From NCBI GenBank assembly GCA_032654565.1, contig JAULAX010000002.1:1-64000 (forward strand): 64,000 nt of DNA, written 5' to 3'. Shown here piece after piece: positions 44,052 to 53,736 of this stretch (within the stretch, counting starts at the first letter, position 1; each line of letters begins with the position of its first letter). The notes beneath the pieces were generated by a model. It searched no databases. It was not told where the DNA came from and saw only the letters and a program-made list of their open reading frames with translations. This DNA comes from Anaeromyxobacteraceae bacterium (GTDB lineage Bacteria > Myxococcota > Myxococcia > Myxococcales > Anaeromyxobacteraceae). A program made the translations under genes and the position numbers.

Positions 44052-47000
44052 TCACCAGATGATCCGGAGTGCGTTGTTGTTCCGGTCGGAGAGGACGAGG
44101 TGGCCCCCCGGGTAGCCGCGCACCTCGAAGGGAGAGTTGAGCTGCGGGCCGAGCGGCAGTCGCTGGGCATACTCGGCGGCCGAGCCGGCCACGGTGGTGC
44201 CGGCCCAGGTGTAGACGGCGGAGGACGGGCCTCCCGGCATCCCCGGCAAGGCGGCGGTGAGGTAGCGGAGCCGGTTGGACTCGACGAGCCAGAGGGTCCC
44301 GTCGGGAGCGGGGTAGAACGACGGTGGGCCCGCGAAGAGCGCGCCGCTGGCGGCCGCCCCCTCCCCGGCGCTGCCGGCGCTGCTGCCCGCCCGCATGGTG
44401 AGCGAGGCCACACTCCCGTCGGGGTTGGTGGTGATGGTGGCCACGCCGTTGGAGTAGCTGGCGATGCCGCCGCCGCAGAACCGGCCGCTCACCAGCAGGC
44501 TCCCGGCGGCATCCACGGCCACCTGGCAGCCGCGATCGTCGATGCAGTTCTCCAGGTGGGTTGGGTTGGCCGGGGTGCAGGCCGAGGCCTTCAGGAAGGT
44601 GGAGACCGCGCCGCTGGCCAGGTCGATGCGCCGGACCCGGTCGTGCGCGACGTCGGCCACGTAGATCGAGCCGCCGATCAGCGCCAGCTGGCTGGGGCTG
44701 GAGAAGCTGGCCGCCGCGGGGTTGGCGCCGTCACCGAACGGATCGGTGGTGGCGGTGCCCCCGCCGGCCAGCAGGTGGACCCGGTTGGGCGTGACCGACA
44801 GGTCGACGAAGCGGACCAGGTTGCAGTAGGCGTCGGTGAAGTAGAGCCGCTGCGCCGCCTCGTCGAGGTGGAGTCCCATCGGGTAGACGATGGTGGCCTC
44901 CAGCGCCGCCACCCCATCCGCGGGGTTGCACCCGGTGTTGCCGCCGGACCCGGCCACCGGCTCCACCACGCCGTCGGGTCGCAGCCGCTTGATGCGCCAG
45001 TTGCCGCGCTCGGCGAAGTAGACGTCCCCGCCGCTCGAGACGGCCAGGCCGGTCGGGACGTTGCTGCGCGCGTCGCGACCCGGCCCCTCGCCGTCTCCCG
45101 AGGTGTGGTCCGCCCCGACCGCCGAGAAGACCTGGCCGGCCGCCGGAGGCTGTGCGGTCCAGGTGAAGTCCACCGGGCTTCCGGTCAGGTGGCGGCCGTG
45201 GAGGTCGAGGGCGCTGGCGCGGAAGGTGTAGGAGGTGGGCCGGAGGCCGACGCGGGCCGGGGTCCGCGCCGTGCCCCACGGGTCGGTGACGGCCAGCGTG
45301 GACTGCACGGTCGCCGACGGGTCGAGCGACGCGAACCCCACCCAGCGCCCGCCGAGCGCCCCGCCGCCGGAGTCGGTCAGCGTCACCGCGAGCGGGGTCC
45401 CGGCCGGCGTCGCGGTGGCGTCGGTGGGCGACTCGTCGATGCGCGGCTGCTGCAGGTCACCGGCGGCCAGGGCCAGCGTGGCGGTGGACGGGGTGCTGCT
45501 CCCCGCGGCGCGCACCACCCGCAGGTCGTGCGTGCCGTTGTCCACCAGCAGCAGGTCGGTGGGGCGCAGCGGCGCGCCGCCGGCGCCGACGGTGGGGTCG
45601 AAGGCGATGGCCTGCGGCGAGGCCAGGGTGGCCGCGGTGGCCGGCCCGCCGTCGCCGCTGGATCCGCTGGCGCCGGTGCCGGCCACGGTCCGCAGCTCGA
45701 AGGTGGCGGCGTCCACCCGCCGGATCCGGTTCTCGGCGGCGATGGAGAGGTAGAGGTTGCCGGCCGGGTCGAAGGCCATGAGGGGATCGGTGGCGATGGA
45801 GGCGAGCCGTGCGTCGATGCCGTCCTGCGGCGCGCCGCCGGAGAGGCCGGCCACCCGGGTGGGAGCGCCGACGGGACGACCAGCGGCGTCGGCCTGCCAG
45901 CGCGTCACGCCGGGCGTGTAGCCCGAGCCGTCGGTGCCGCAGAGCCCGGCCGCGACGAAGACGTTGCCCTGCCCGTCCCAGGCCAGGTTGCTGGTGGTGC
46001 CGAGCGTGTAGACCGCGAGGGGAGCGGTGCAGGCGGCGACGGCGAGGACCGTGGTGATGATGCCGGTGCCGCCGGGACGAGACGGGGTGACCAGGTCGAC
46101 CCGCCGCACCCGGTTGTGGCCATCGTCCACCACGTAGAGCGAGCCGTCGGGCGCCAGGCCGATCCAGCGCGCGCTGGCCAGGGTGGCGCTGGTGGCCAGG
46201 CCGCCGTCGCCGTAGTCGGGCGCCGGGGCGCTGCCGCCGCCGGCCACCGTGTCGATGAGCCCGGTGACCAGGTTCACGCGCCGGACGCGGTTGGTGTAGG
46301 CGTCGGAGACGTAGAGCAGGTGGTTGAGGTCGTCGAGGGCCAGGTGCGACGCATAGACGATCGACGAGGAGGTGGCCGGGACGTTGTCCGGCGAGCCGGT
46401 GTTGGCGTGGTTGCCGGCGATGGTGGTGACCACGCCGTCCGCCGAGACCTTGCGCACCGCCCAGTTGTTGTAGTCGGCCACGTAGAGCGAGCCGTCTCGC
46501 GAGGCGGCCAGGCCGACCGGGTTGAGGAGCCTGGCGTCCAGCGCCGGACCGCCGACGTAGCCGGAGAGGTGGGCGGCGTTCACCACCGTGGTGATGATCC
46601 CGGCCGAGGGCGGATCGGCCCGGACGGTGAGCGTGGCGGGGACGGGCGCGGCGGTGGCGGTCACCGTGAAGACCTGGTCGCCGACCAGCCGCCCGAGCCG
46701 GATGGTGAATGGGCCGGCCACGCCCGAGGCGTTGGTCACGGCCAGGGCCGGGGTGACGCCGCCATCGGCCACCGGCGCGATGAGCACGTTGGCTCCGGCC
46801 ACCACGGCGCTGGCCTGGTCCCGGACCGTGACGGTGACGCCGCTCACCGAGCTCCCCACCACGCCGGTCAATCCGGCCGGCACGCTGATGGTGTTCCCCT
46901 TCGGCCCGCAGACCCCGGCCCGGCAGACGCCGTCGGGCACGGCGCTGGTGGCGCAGGCCGAGAGCTCCGGCGCGGTCGCGGAGGCGCGGCAGGCCTGGAC

Positions 47001-48662
47001 GCCGCTGGCGCAGGAGAGGGTCCCCAGCTGGCAGGGATCGGTCCCGGGCGAGCAGGGGCCGCCGGCCAGGCAGGTGGCGCAGGCGCCGTCGAAGCAGACG
47101 CCGCTGGTCCTGCTGGCGCAGGGGGTGCCGTTGGCCAGGGCGCTGCCGGTGTCGCTGCAGGCACCGGCGCCGGTGGCGCAGTCGGTGGTGCCGGCGTGGC
47201 AGTCGTTGACCGGCGTGCAGAGGGCGCCGGCCGAGCAGGCCGTGCAGGTGCCGGTGTGGCAGAAGAAGCCCAGCCCGCAGCTGGTCCCGTCCGGCAGCGA
47301 GGCGGCGGTGTCGGCGCAGACCTGGACGCCGGTGTTGCAGAGGGTCACGCCGGTGTGGCAGGGGTTGGGCGGCGCGCAGGCGGCGTAGGCGGTGCAGGGG
47401 GTGCACGCGCCGGCGTGGCAGACGTGGCCGGCGCCGCAGGCGGTGCCGTCCTGGACCAGCAGGGCCGAGGCGATGCAGGTGGGCGTCGAGGACACGGCGG
47501 TGCAGGTGAGGGTGCCGAGCCGGCAGGGGTCGGCCGGCTGGCAGGAGGCGCCGCCGACGCAGAGCGGCTGGCAGGCGCCGGCCAGGCAGGCCTGTCCGGC
47601 GCCGCAGGCGGTCCCGTCGAAGGCGTTGCCCACGCTGGTGCAGACCTGGCCGCCGGCGACGCAGTCGGTCCGCCCCACCCGGCAGGGATCGGCCGGCTGG
47701 CAGGGCCCCCCGGCCACGCAGGCGCCGCCGCCGCCGCCGGAGTTCCCGGCGCTGAGCCGCAGGTCGGGGAGCGTGGTCTCCTTCCCGGAGAGGACCAGCG
47801 CGTTGGCCGCCATGGCCGGGACGTAGCCGTCGTGGGCCACGATCACCTGGTAGAGGCCGGGCGGCAGCCCCGCCACGGCCAGGCTGCCTGCGGCGGTGAC
47901 GGTGCCGCTGAACGTCAGCGAGGCGGTGTCCACGGCGGTGACCGTGGTGACGCCGCTGGTGGCGGGCGGGGACAGCACCACCAGGCCTCCGATGGAGCCG
48001 GGCGGCGGGACCGGCGCGCCGGCGTCGGGCACCAGCGTGAGCGGGGCGAGCGCCAGATCCTCGCCGCCGCGCAGCTCGATGCCGTCCCGCACCACCGTCC
48101 GGTACCCGGCGCGGAAGAACTCCACCCGCAGCGGCCCGGCGGGCAGGTCACGCATGGTGAAGGTGCCGTCGTCGTTGGTGAAGGTGGTGAAGGGGCCCTC
48201 GGGCACGAAGACCACCGTGCCGCCGTGGCCACCCCCGGTGGCCAGGTCGCCGAGCAGGGCCAGGCCGTGGACCCTGGCGTTCTCCACCACCGCGATCTCG
48301 CCGAGCGAGATCTGCCGCCCCGGGCCGACGCCCACGGTGGCGAGATCGACGGCCCGCTGCATGTCGGCGGCGCCCGCGCCACCCGAGGCCCAGCGCACCA
48401 GCAGCACCCCCTGCGTGGAGGTGATCCCGGAGAGGAAGAAGTCGCCGGTGGTGCTGCTGCTGGTCCGGAGGCCCGTGGAGAGCACCTCGACCACGGCGCC
48501 GCTGACCGGGAGCCGGTCGGCGCTGCCGGGCTGGGCCACCACCACCTTGCCGTAGACGGCGCCGGGCCCGGGCGGCCCGGGCGGGGGCGGGAGCGTGAGA
48601 TCCCGGTTGCAACCCGCGAGGACCAGCAACGAGGCCAGCAACCCGGCCGAGCGGTGGGACAT
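44052..48662 (-). CDS. Large surface lipoprotein: carboxypeptidase-regulatory-like domains, Cys-rich repeats, Ig-like domains and NHL beta-propellers
   Basis: GGGAGG RBS; lipobox LAGC; five CxxGxxCxPxDPCxxGxxxC...DGTACG units; NPVGLAASRDGSLYVADYNNWAVRKV and GDGGLATSATL NHL blades. Confidence 0.88.
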   Translation of the reverse strand: MSHRSAGLLASLLVLAGCNRDLTLPPPPGPPGPGAVYGKVVVAQPGSADRLPVSGAVVEVLSTGLRTSSSTTGDFFLSGITSTQGVLLVRWASGGAGAADMQRAVDLATVGVGPGRQISLGEIAVVENARVHGLALLGDLATGGGHGGTVVFVPEGPFTTFTNDDGTFTMRDLPAGPLRVEFFRAGYRTVVRDGIELRGGEDLALAPLTLVPDAGAPVPPPGSIGGLVVLSPPATSGVTTVTAVDTASLTFSGTVTAAGSLAVAGLPPGLYQVIVAHDGYVPAMAANALVLSGKETTLPDLRLSAGNSGGGGGACVAGGPCQPADPCRVGRTDCVAGGQVCTSVGNAFDGTACGAGQACLAGACQPLCVGGASCQPADPCRLGTLTCTAVSSTPTCIASALLVQDGTACGAGHVCHAGACTPCTAYAACAPPNPCHTGVTLCNTGVQVCADTAASLPDGTSCGLGFFCHTGTCTACSAGALCTPVNDCHAGTTDCATGAGACSDTGSALANGTPCASRTSGVCFDGACATCLAGGPCSPGTDPCQLGTLSCASGVQACRASATAPELSACATSAVPDGVCRAGVCGPKGNTISVPAGLTGVVGSSVSGVTVTVRDQASAVVAGANVLIAPVADGGVTPALAVTNASGVAGPFTIRLGRLVGDQVFTVTATAAPVPATLTVRADPPSAGIITTVVNAAHLSGYVGGPALDARLLNPVGLAASRDGSLYVADYNNWAVRKVSADGVVTTIAGNHANTGSPDNVPATSSSIVYASHLALDDLNHLLYVSDAYTNRVRRVNLVTGLIDTVAGGGSAPAPDYGDGGLATSATLASARWIGLAPDGSLYVVDDGHNRVRRVDLVTPSRPGGTGIITTVLAVAACTAPLAVYTLGTTSNLAWDGQGNVFVAAGLCGTDGSGYTPGVTRWQADAAGRPVGAPTRVAGLSGGAPQDGIDARLASIATDPLMAFDPAGNLYLSIAAENRIRRVDAATFELRTVAGTGASGSSGDGGPATAATLASPQAIAFDPTVGAGGAPLRPTDLLLVDNGTHDLRVVRAAGSSTPSTATLALAAGDLQQPRIDESPTDATATPAGTPLAVTLTDSGGGALGGRWVGFASLDPSATVQSTLAVTDPWGTARTPARVGLRPTSYTFRASALDLHGRHLTGSPVDFTWTAQPPAAGQVFSAVGADHTSGDGEGPGRDARSNVPTGLAVSSGGDVYFAERGNWRIKRLRPDGVVEPVAGSGGNTGCNPADGVAALEATIVYPMGLHLDEAAQRLYFTDAYCNLVRFVDLSVTPNRVHLLAGGGTATTDPFGDGANPAAASFSSPSQLALIGGSIYVADVAHDRVRRIDLASGAVSTFLKASACTPANPTHLENCIDDRGCQVAVDAAGSLLVSGRFCGGGIASYSNGVATITTNPDGSVASLTMRAGSSAGSAGEGAAASGALFAGPPSFYPAPDGTLWLVESNRLRYLTAALPGMPGGPSSAVYTWAGTTVAGSAAEYAQRLPLGPQLNSPFEVRGYPGGHLVLSDRNNNALRIIW

Positions 48663-48789
48663 GGGCCCCTCCCTGGTGAAGGCGTGGAGAGAGGCTAATC
48701 GAGCTGAGGTGGACCGGTCCGGGAAATCGTCCGGCGGCGCCGCGCGTCGAGCGCGCCAGCGCGCCCGCCCCGGGGGGAGGCCGGACGGT

Positions 48790-49638
48790 GTGCCCCTTCG
48801 GGGCCATGGCCGCGTCGCCGGCGCGTGGCTCGCGGTGGTCGGCAACCAGATCCAGACACCGGACGGCCAGCCCTGGCGCGGTCGCGGCGCCAACCTCACC
48901 GACACCCGCGGCTGCAACGCCTGCGCCTACAACGCCCCGAGCCCGGCCGAGGTGACGCGGCGCGTCGACGAGCTGGTGGACGGTTGGCACGCCAACTTCA
49001 TCCGGCTGGACCTGGAGAGCTATGCCGACGCCGGGGGCCGGGTCACCTGGGCCGGCCTGCTGGTCGACGCGGCCCGCCTGGCCGAGGTCTTCAAGGACGA
49101 GCCCCGCGTGCTCTTCGGCCTGGTGAACGATCCGGAGTCCAACTTCGACGGGGCCCAGGACGCCCAGGTCTGGACCGCCATGAACTCCGCGGTGCGGACC
49201 ATCCGCGACGTGGAGACGGCGGCCGGCACGCCCCACCACGTCATCGCGGTGCAGGGGACCCGGCAGTGGTCGCGGGTGCTCGACTACTACCTCACCCACC
49301 CCATCACCGCCGGCGGCGGCGTCAACATCGCCTACGAGACCCACGTCTACGATCCGGCCAGCAGCTTCGCCGCCCGCTTCGAGGATCCTTCGGCCACGGG
49401 GCCGGTGATCATCGGCGAGTTCGGCCCGGTTCCTGGAACCATGACCCTGGCCGACACCGCCGACCTGATGGCCCGGGCCGAGGCCCACGGGGTCCCCTAC
49501 CTGGCCTGGACCTTCCACATGCGCTGCGACCCCAACCTGCTGGTGGACAACTCGGGCGGCGGCGGCGGCGGCGACATGACCCTCACCCCCACCGCCTGGG
49601 GCACGCAGCTGAAGACGCGCCTGGCGACGGGGTGGTAG
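48790..49638 (+). pseudogene. Degenerate GH5 (cellulase family) glycoside hydrolase
   Basis: GNQIQTPDGQPWRGRGAN, ANFIRL, AYETHVY, VIIGEFG and YLAWTF motifs; NEP reads NDP; no signal peptide or clear start; the segment between the IRL and NxP strands is unusually short. Confidence 0.6.
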
Positions 49639-49664
49639 TGCAATCGCGGCGTCGCCGAGCCGAT

Positions 49665-49745
49665 CTCACGAAACCCCCGCCCCTCTTGGGTTCCACGGGT
49701 GTCGGCGCGGCCGGAAATGTCAGACCGGCGTGAGACGCTGCGTGA
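49665..49745 (+). promoter_or_regulatory. Conserved leader of the HNH gene family, copy 2
   Basis: GAAACCC..TTGGGTTCC-N16-CCGGAAATGTCAGACCGGCGTGAGACGCTGCGTGA-ATG. Confidence 0.65.
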
Positions 49746-51005
49746 ATGATCAACGCGCAACCGACCCTGCCGTCGGCCGCGGCTCCGACGCACGGAGCGG
49801 CCACATCGTCCCTCGAACTCCCGGAAGCACGGCAGCTCCGCGACGCACTCGAGCTCCTCCTTTGCAGGGAGCGGGCGGCCATGGCCGACTTCCTGATCGC
49901 CCTGGCCGACCTCGACCGGCGCCGCGGCTGGGAGCCGCTCGGGCATGCCTCCTTCTTCGCCTTCCTCCATTTCGAGATGGGGCTCTCCAACAGTGCCGCC
50001 TTCTACCGAATGAGCGCCGCCCGGCTCATCCAGCGCATCCCCGACCTGGTGGGGCCGATGGCCAGCGGCCGGCTCTGACTGTCGACGACCGCCGAACTGG
50101 CCAAGGTGGTGACCGAGGAGAACTGGGCCGAGGTGGCCCCGCGCTTCTTCGGCCTCTCGGCCCGGGAGGCGAGGGAAGTGGTCGCCGCGCTGCAGCCGAG
50201 GGCGGCGCCGCCGCTGCGAGCGGTGGTGACCTCGCTGCACACGCAGCAGCTCGAGCTCGTCAGGCCGCAGGCCGCCGCGTTGCCGCCAATGGCCAACCCG
50301 GTCGAACCTTCGCCCTCCGCCCCCTCAACCCCCGCCCTCACACTCGCCCTCTCCGCCGCGCCGACGACCGGCGAGGACTCAAACGTGGTCCTTCTTTGGC
50401 GATTCCCGACGTCGGGAATCGCTTTTGGGGGAGGCGACGAGATCGTGCCGCTCACGGCGAACGTGCGCAGGGTCCACTTCAACGTCGACAAGCATGTGGT
50501 CCGGAAGCTCAAGGCCGCTCGCGAGGGGCTCTCGCACTCGATTCGCGGAGCCACGATGGAGCAGGTGCTCGAGGCGGCGCTCGACCTGCTGCTGGAGAAG
50601 CAGGCCAGGGCGCGGGCGCTGGTGAAGCGGCCGCGGGCGGTGCGGCCGACCCCGACCTCGACCTCGACCCCGACTGCGACCGAGCCGCCGCCCCACCGTC
50701 GCTCCGGCCCCCGCGCAGCCATCCCCGCCACCGTTCGCCGCGCCGTCTGGGAGGGCGACGCCGGCCGCCGCAGTTGGCCGCTCGACGGTGGCGGCTGCTG
50801 CGGCTCGACGCATCGGCTGGAGCTCGACCACCTCATTCCCTGGGCCGAGTGGGGTCCCGACACGGTCGAGAACCTCCGCGTCGTCTGCGGCCGGCACAAC
50901 GCCCTGGCGGCGAGGGGGGCGTTCGGGGAGCCGCAGATGAGCCGATATGCAGGGAGGCGGACGGGAGGCTCTGGCTCGAGCGCATCTCATCATCCCCGGC
51001 CGTAG
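49746..51005 (+). pseudogene. DUF222-like/HNH endonuclease gene, copy 2; in-frame TGA at 50076-50078
   Basis: MINAQPTL start shared with copy 1; GRL*LSTTAELAKV versus GRLCLSSIAELAKV; intact ELDHLIP...NLRVVCGRHN, but RC is replaced by RR in the Zn-ligand motif; the tail runs into the MITE. Confidence 0.85.
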
Positions 51006-51155
51006 CGAGGCGAGCGAGGCCGAGCACCGAGCGGGTCACCCGACGACCGAGCAGCGGAAGCGTGCTGGTGGCCCGCTGAGCAGCGCAGGGAGGAGGCTGC
51101 CCCGCGAATGCCGGCATCGTTCGCCGCAGCAGGCTGGGGGTTATGGGATGTGCTC
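50978..51155. mobile_element. 178-bp MITE-like element, copy 2 (inverted relative to copy 1)
   Basis: About 6 mismatches versus 27871-28048; the flanking CTAG is not preserved (ctcGAG / CTCtgg). Confidence 0.85.
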
Positions 51156-51172
51156 TGGAGGCCTGGGCGCCC

Positions 51173-52465
51173 TCAAAGGGCGCCCTCCTGAGGCAACGAC
51201 CCCAGGGCCTCGCCCAGGTCGGCGATCAGCTCCTCCGGGGCCTCGATGCCGATGGAGAGCCGGATGACGCTGTCGGTGATCCCGGCGCGCCGCCTCGCCT
51301 CCGGCGTCATGGAGGCGTGGGTCATGGAGGCCGGGTGGGCCACCAGGCTCTCCACCCCGCCCAGGCTCTCGGCCAAAGTGAACCAGCGCAGCGTCCGCAG
51401 CACGTGGTTGACCCGCGCCGGCGTCCCGTCCTTGAGCTCGAAGCTGAGCATGCCGCCGAAGCCGTCCTGCTGCCGCCTGGCCAGCGCGTGCTGGGGGTGG
51501 CCCGGCAGGCCCGGGTAGAAGACCTCGTCGATGGCCGGGTGGGCCGCCAGGAACTCGGCCACCCGCTGCGCCCCGAGCTCATGCGCCTTCATCCGCAAGA
51601 GCAGCGTCTTCAGGCCGCGCAGCACCAGGAAGCAGTCGTGCGGGCTCTGCGAGGTGCCGAGCAGGTTGTTCATCGACTGGATGCGCTGCAGGAGCGCGGT
51701 CCGCCCCGGCGCCGCCACCACCGCCCCGCCCACCACGTCGGAGTGGCCGTTCAGGTACTTGGTGGTGGAGTGGACCACCAGGTCGGCGCCGTGCTCGAAC
51801 GGCCGCTGCAGCACCGGGGAGAGGAAGGTGTTGTCGACCACGGTGAGCGCGCCGCGGGCCCGTGCCAACCTGGCCACAGCGGCGATGTCGGTGAGCCGCA
51901 AGAGCGGGTTGGACGGGGTCTCGATCCAGACCAGCGCCGTCTCCTGCTGCAGCGCCTCCTCCACCGCGGCGAGATCGCCGAGGTCGAGATAGGTGACCTT
52001 CAGGCCGGCCGCGACCTTGAGGTGCTCCAGCGTCCGGAAGGTGCCGCCATAGCAGTCGATGGTGGAGAGGATGTGGCTCCCGGCCGGGAGCAGGCTGAGC
52101 ACCAGGGTCACCGCCGCCATGCCGGTGGTGGTGCAGGTGGCCCCGCTGCCCCCCTCGAGCAGCGCGATGGCCTCCTCGAGCGCGGCGCGCGTCGGGTTGC
52201 CGCTGCGGGTGTAGTCGTAACCGGCGTTGGTGCAGACGTCCCGGAAGGCGAAGGTGGAGGTCAGGTAGAGGGGCGGCATGACCGCGCCGTAGGCCGGGTC
52301 GGGCTGGACGCCGGCGTGGACGCAGCGGGTGGCGAGCGAGGCGCCGCGGACCAGCGGCCCACGCCGGGCCCAGCCCACCTGGCTGGGCGAGCCGGCCGGC
52401 AGGATGGTGAAGTGGTAGGCGGGGTTGCCGGGGACGTTGGCGTCGAGGTGCTGTTCGTCGGACAT
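51173..52465 (-). CDS. Cystathionine gamma-synthase/lyase (trans-sulfuration PLP enzyme, MetB-like)
   Basis: YDYTRSGNPTR, WIETPSNP, VVDNTFLSP, VHSTTKYLNGHSDVVGG, AESLGGVESL and HPASMTHAS motifs. Confidence 0.93.
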   Translation of the reverse strand: MSDEQHLDANVPGNPAYHFTILPAGSPSQVGWARRGPLVRGASLATRCVHAGVQPDPAYGAVMPPLYLTSTFAFRDVCTNAGYDYTRSGNPTRAALEEAIALLEGGSGATCTTTGMAAVTLVLSLLPAGSHILSTIDCYGGTFRTLEHLKVAAGLKVTYLDLGDLAAVEEALQQETALVWIETPSNPLLRLTDIAAVARLARARGALTVVDNTFLSPVLQRPFEHGADLVVHSTTKYLNGHSDVVGGAVVAAPGRTALLQRIQSMNNLLGTSQSPHDCFLVLRGLKTLLLRMKAHELGAQRVAEFLAAHPAIDEVFYPGLPGHPQHALARRQQDGFGGMLSFELKDGTPARVNHVLRTLRWFTLAESLGGVESLVAHPASMTHASMTPEARRRAGITDSVIRLSIGIEAPEELIADLGEALGSLPQEGAL

Positions 52466-52555
52466 GGTGGCCTTCGGCGGTGGCTCTCTGCGGTGGCGCC
52501 GGTGGGTGGCGGTGGGCCGCAAGGCCCGTCCGGTTATGGCGGGGCGTCAGCGGGT

Positions 52556-52573
52556 GTTCCGCTTTAGCGGAAC
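52556..52573. promoter_or_regulatory. Palindromic operator 1 (metB-like side)
   Basis: GTTCCGCT-TT-AGCGGAAC, perfect 8-bp arms. Confidence 0.75.
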
Positions 52574-52668
52574 GGGCGCGCCGGCGCAACCCCGCCTCGG
52601 ACAGGCTGAAAACAGGCTGTTCCAGCGGAGTTTCGTGGCCTGCTTCGTCTCCCCCGGACACCTTCTCC

Positions 52669-52701
52669 TTGCGCGGCGCCGCCTCGTCCGCTATAGCGGA
52701 C
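52669..52701 (+). promoter_or_regulatory. cysK sigma70 promoter overlapped by palindromic operator 2
   Basis: TTGCGC-N17-TATAGC; the perfect palindrome GTCCGCTATAGCGGAC (52686-52701) covers the -10 box. Confidence 0.7.
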
Positions 52702-52759
52702 AGGTCGCGCAACCGACCGGCGCCTGCCGCGCCGACCCACCCGCGCTGGAGAGCCACCC

Positions 52760-53725
52760 ATGGCACGCATCTTCGAGGACAACAGCCTCAGCATCGGCGG
52801 CACCCCGCTGGTCCGGCTCAACCGGGTCACCCAGGGGCTCCACGCCACCGTGGTGGCCAAGATCGAGGGGCGCAACCCGGCCTACTCGGTGAAGTGCCGC
52901 CTCGGCTCCGCGCTGGTCTGGGCCGCCGAGCGCGACGGGCACCTGGTCCCCGGCTCGCGCCAGCGGACCATCATCGAGCCGACCAGCGGCAACACCGGCA
53001 TCGCCCTGGCCTTCGTGGCCGCCGCCCGCGGCTACCCCATCATCCTCACCATGCCGGAGACCATGTCGCTGGAGCGGCGCCGCATGCTCAAGGCCTTCGG
53101 GGCCGAGCTGATCCTCACCGAGGGGGCCAAGGGCATGAACGGCGCCATCGCCAAGGCCGAGGAGATCGCCGCCAGCGATCCGAAGAAGTACTTCCTCCCC
53201 CAGCAATTCAAGAACCCGGCCAACCCCGACATCCACTACCGGACCACCGGCCCGGAGATCTGGAACGACACCGACGGCCTGGTCGACATCTTCGTCTCGG
53301 GCGTCGGCACCGGCGGCACCATCACCGGCGTCTCCCGCTACCTCAAGGAGAAGAAGCGCGGCGTCCAGTCGATCGCCGTCGAGCCCATCCACTCGCCGGT
53401 GCTCACCGCCATCCGCGCCGGCGAGGCCCCCAAGCCCGGGCCGCACAAGATCCAGGGGATCGGCGCCGGCTTCAAGCCGGAGGTGCTCGATCTCTCTGTG
53501 GTGGACGACGTGGTCACCGTCTCCAACGACGAGTCGGTGGAGATGGCCAAGCGGCTCCACAAGGAGGAGGGGATCACCTGCGGCATCTCCTGCGGCGCCG
53601 CCGTGGCCGCCGCCCTCAAGGTGGCGGCCCGCCCCGAGTCGAAGGGGAAGCTGATCGTCACGGTGCTGCCCGACGCCGGCGAGCGCTACCTCTCCAGCAT
53701 CCTCTTCGAGGGGATCGTCGCCTAG
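52760..53725 (+). CDS. cysK: Cysteine synthase A
   Basis: [50 protein letters not shown] and GERYLS motifs. Confidence 0.97.
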   Translation: MARIFEDNSLSIGGTPLVRLNRVTQGLHATVVAKIEGRNPAYSVKCRLGSALVWAAERDGHLVPGSRQRTIIEPTSGNTGIALAFVAAARGYPIILTMPETMSLERRRMLKAFGAELILTEGAKGMNGAIAKAEEIAASDPKKYFLPQQFKNPANPDIHYRTTGPEIWNDTDGLVDIFVSGVGTGGTITGVSRYLKEKKRGVQSIAVEPIHSPVLTAIRAGEAPKPGPHKIQGIGAGFKPEVLDLSVVDDVVTVSNDESVEMAKRLHKEEGITCGISCGAAVAAALKVAARPESKGKLIVTVLPDAGERYLSSILFEGIVA

Positions 53726-53736
53726 GGCGCCCCGCC

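Noticed and set aside
50076..50078. In-frame TGA at a Cys position as selenocysteine
   Set aside because: Only a weak downstream hairpin, the residue is not a known redox site, and the same copy has other degenerative changes; a nonsense mutation is simpler.
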